From NCBI GenBank assembly GCA_028710695.1, contig JAQTTP010000009.1, forward strand, positions 1-29,311: 29,311 nucleotides of DNA. Reading direction: 5' to 3'. Shown piece by piece: positions 27,105-29,311 of this stretch. The notes under the pieces were generated by a model that saw only the letters and a list, made by a program, of their open reading frames with translations, searched no databases and was not told where the DNA came from. This DNA is from Candidatus Iainarchaeum sp. GTDB taxonomy: Archaea > Iainarchaeota > Iainarchaeia > Iainarchaeales > 0-14-0-20-30-16. Position 1 is the first letter of the stretch, and the number at the start of each line of letters is the position of its first letter. A program made the translations under genes and the position numbers.

Positions 27105-28190
27105 ATGCAAGAGATTGATGTTGCGGACTTACCAATTGAAGAACTTGAACTAAATTTAGCTGTTTTTGCACATGACTGTCATACTGCGCCATTATATATT
27201 AGAAATACTTTTGATATATTGTTTCTTGGTGGCGGCAAAGATAATGCACCACATGTTTTGAAAGCATCAGGTCTTGCTGAAAAATTTATGTATGATTTAA
27301 TGGCTGTAATTGATAAACATACAAAAATTAGACGTAATTTGAAAATAATGTCTAGAGATGAAGTAAGAGGTTGGATTCAGAAATATAAGCAAGACCTTTT
27401 GGACGTGAATAAATCATTGAAATCTTTTGAAGATTATTGGTCAGAAAACAAAAAAAGAATTATAATAGAAGGTAATGAAGCATTTGAATTAGGGCATAAA
27501 CAAAGCTACAAGTCTTGGAGAAGTAAAACTTTAGAACAAGATATTGATGAAAGTTTAGAACTTTATAAATCTCATTTTTCTATAGATAAATTGGGCTTGC
27601 CTATTTCTGCAGGCCCGTATTCTCTCCAAGAAGAAAATCTTTATGATTTTTTTAGTAAATGGAGTAAACGTGAATTTAGGGACCGAGATGGACAGAAAGT
27701 GGATGTTATATTTAGAGGTAGGCCTGTGTCGGGGTTAAAAGTGGATACTTCCCTATTGCAAAGGACAATTTATAATATTATGACTGATGCTATTAATCAC
27801 ACCCCTGGAAGACCAGTGTATATAACCTTGGGTGAAAAAGATGGAAGAATATGGGTGTCTGTTACTAACGAGGGGCGGAAACTAAATCCTGAAGAAATAA
27901 GAAAAATTGGTAGGGAAAGATATAGTAGAAGAATGGATGACCCCAGAAGAGGATATGGTAAGATAATGGTTAGAATGGCTACCGAAGCAATGGGCGGTCA
28001 GTTCCATGTTGGGAACTCTAAGATTGGGCCCCTTTTGCAAGTAAGCTTTCCCTCTTCAAAGCCACCAGAAAACAAGGGCCCTAAAAAAACAAATGTAGTT
28101 AAACTTATTGAAGTAAGGCGTGCAAGAGAACGGGTAAAAAAATATGAATTTAAGCCAAGAAAAGAACCACGCGTTAGATTTAGAATATAA
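27105..28190 (+). CDS. soluble HisKA/HATPase-like (histidine-kinase-like) protein, divergent ATP-binding motifs
   Basis: H-box-like 'VFAHDCHTAPLYIRNTFDIL', N-box-like 'LLQRTIYNIMTDAINHTPGRPVYITLG', 'VTNEGRKLNPEEI', 'RRGYGKIMVRMATEAMGGQFHVGNSKIGPLLQVSFP'. Confidence 0.75.
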   Translation: MQEIDVADLPIEELELNLAVFAHDCHTAPLYIRNTFDILFLGGGKDNAPHVLKASGLAEKFMYDLMAVIDKHTKIRRNLKIMSRDEVRGWIQKYKQDLLDVNKSLKSFEDYWSENKKRIIIEGNEAFELGHKQSYKSWRSKTLEQDIDESLELYKSHFSIDKLGLPISAGPYSLQEENLYDFFSKWSKREFRDRDGQKVDVIFRGRPVSGLKVDTSLLQRTIYNIMTDAINHTPGRPVYITLGEKDGRIWVSVTNEGRKLNPEEIRKIGRERYSRRMDDPRRGYGKIMVRMATEAMGGQFHVGNSKIGPLLQVSFPSSKPPENKGPKKTNVVKLIEVRRARERVKKYEFKPRKEPRVRFRI

Positions 28191-29007
28191 TAAAAATAAG
28201 ATAAACTATTACTGTTGAAATAACCTGCAAAGGAAGAGCAGGTATTACTCTTTCTCCTGTCTTTTTGTTAAGCAATAAATAGATTGTTAAGCAAAGCATA
28301 ATTATACTTAAGCTTAGGATTATGAAAGCTAAAGCTGTGTTTATGAAAAGGGCTGAGATGAAAAGGATTATTGGAATTGCAAAATCTCCTGAGCCAATAT
28401 CTAATGGCTTTTTTGAATAATTCAAAGCTATTGTGAATATGTAGTTTGTGTTTACTATGTTCTTTGCTAGGAATACCATGTGCTTTGTTTTGAATACAGC
28501 AATGTAATCATATATTGCCAATAATACAGCAAAGATGAACAGGGGCAGGAAAGAGATTGAATATCCAATCATGGTTGCAAATGTAGAAGTTACTACTATC
28601 ATTGAGAAGTTCTTTAGAAGCCTGCTCGATTGGGCATAGTATTTTGTTATACATAACAACAAAGTTAGGGCCAAGCCAATATAGTCAAGCCCAAATAGAG
28701 AAAATAAAGTCTCAAATCCTATAAAAGTAAGAACAAGATCTAGAGTCCTTGTGCTTCTTTTAAAAAATTTGAAAACAACTAACAATAAGAATGTTGAAAC
28801 AAATACCCCGCCAACAAGGTAATAGATGTTCGCCATGCTCTCTTTTGTGTCTGCCAGGGGATTTATCTGGATGCTGTTAATCTTTAGAGTGTAGAGTACC
28901 AATAGGGCCAGAGCAGCCATGATAGTATAGGAAAGGATAATCTTAAAGTAAATAAGATTATTCTTTAAAAACTGGCTTGTAGTGAAGCGGCTTAGGTTCA
29001 TAAACAT
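28180..29007 (-). CDS. presenilin / signal-peptide-peptidase-like intramembrane aspartyl protease (A22-like)
   Basis: Polytopic; 'LLAIYDYIAVFKTKHM' (YD), 'KPLDIGSGDFAIPIILF' (GxGD), 'GERVIPALPLQVIS' (PAL). Confidence 0.88.
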   Translation of the reverse strand: MFMNLSRFTTSQFLKNNLIYFKIILSYTIMAALALLVLYTLKINSIQINPLADTKESMANIYYLVGGVFVSTFLLLVVFKFFKRSTRTLDLVLTFIGFETLFSLFGLDYIGLALTLLLCITKYYAQSSRLLKNFSMIVVTSTFATMIGYSISFLPLFIFAVLLAIYDYIAVFKTKHMVFLAKNIVNTNYIFTIALNYSKKPLDIGSGDFAIPIILFISALFINTALAFIILSLSIIMLCLTIYLLLNKKTGERVIPALPLQVISTVIVYLIFIIF

Positions 29008-29311
29008 CCCCTGCTCTCAAGAGCTTGCTAACGTAGTCTTGCACTTTTGTTTTATCTATTTTTTTTGCTTCCGCCTCAGACATTAACTCGTGCAAATTTA
29101 TTGAGTCATGCTCTTTACACCAATCTTTTATTACTTCTAGCATATTACGCATTTGGACTGCTTGAGAATGGCTTTGTCCAGTGGTGATAATATCAATATC
29201 CATGTCTCCTGTTTCTGGATCCATTCCTACCTGCTCCATAGAAGTCCTGAACAATTTGATTGCCCTTTCTGCATCATCAATTTCTACTGTTGGAGCTAAT
29301 CTCACCCTCGC
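28958..29311 (-). CDS. mcm: MCM replicative helicase, C-terminal end (continues beyond the window)
   Basis: Open to the window edge as ARVRLAPTVEIDDAERAIKLFRTSMEQVGMDPETGDMDIDIITTG, typical of the MCM sensor-2/C-terminal region, followed by a winged-helix-like tail. Confidence 0.9.
   Translation of the reverse strand, partial: ARVRLAPTVEIDDAERAIKLFRTSMEQVGMDPETGDMDIDIITTGQSHSQAVQMRNMLEVIKDWCKEHDSINLHELMSEAEAKKIDKTKVQDYVSKLLRAGDVYEPKPLHYKPVFKE

Noticed and set aside
28180-28190. 11-nt convergent overlap between the HATPase-like gene and the presenilin-like gene as a special regulatory element
   Set aside because: Short tail-to-tail overlaps are common in compact genomes; no additional structure was seen there.
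1-29311. CRISPR array, transposon, prophage, toxin-antitoxin or restriction system
   Set aside because: No regularly spaced repeats, transposase, integrase, terminal repeats, or recognisable Cas, toxin, methylase or nuclease genes were seen. Small unknown ORFs were not enough to argue for a defence system.

Overview
This 29.3-kb window looks like a chromosomal segment of an archaeon. It carries TATA-binding protein, the C-terminal end of the MCM helicase, an archaeal-type NMD3, an AMP phosphorylase / ribose-1,5-bisphosphate isomerase pair, AT-rich TATA-box promoters and Shine-Dalgarno-like GAGGTG/GGGG sites. The small genes and many uncharacterised secreted proteins suggest, as inference only, a DPANN-like lineage. 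Recognisable genes are: a P-type (Ca2+-type) ATPase C-terminal part, an SlyD/FKBP-like prolyl isomerase with a Cys/His tail, an archaeal NMN adenylyltransferase-like protein, AMMECR1, split ADP-forming acyl-CoA synthetase subunits, a PAP2 phosphatase, NMD3, an SplB-like radical SAM protein, three large cell-surface proteins, R15P isomerase plus AMP phosphorylase, TBP, a HisKA/HATPase-like protein, a presenilin-like aspartyl protease and the MCM C-terminus. Two tRNA-Thr genes (TGT and CGT) lie head-to-tail against neighbouring CDS 3' ends. I saw no CRISPR array, transposase, phage module or recognised defence system. The observations most worth a second look are: (i) an inverted-repeat-dense, non-coding stretch upstream of tRNA-Thr(TGT) with mutually exclusive pairings; (ii) a presenilin-like protease gene overlapping the MCM 3' end; (iii) an uncharacterised protein made of about four ~40-aa repeats; (iv) a gene cluster of membrane protein, coiled-coil protein, NMD3 and secreted protein; (v) a divergent surface-protein locus; and (vi) a degenerate soluble histidine-kinase-like protein.
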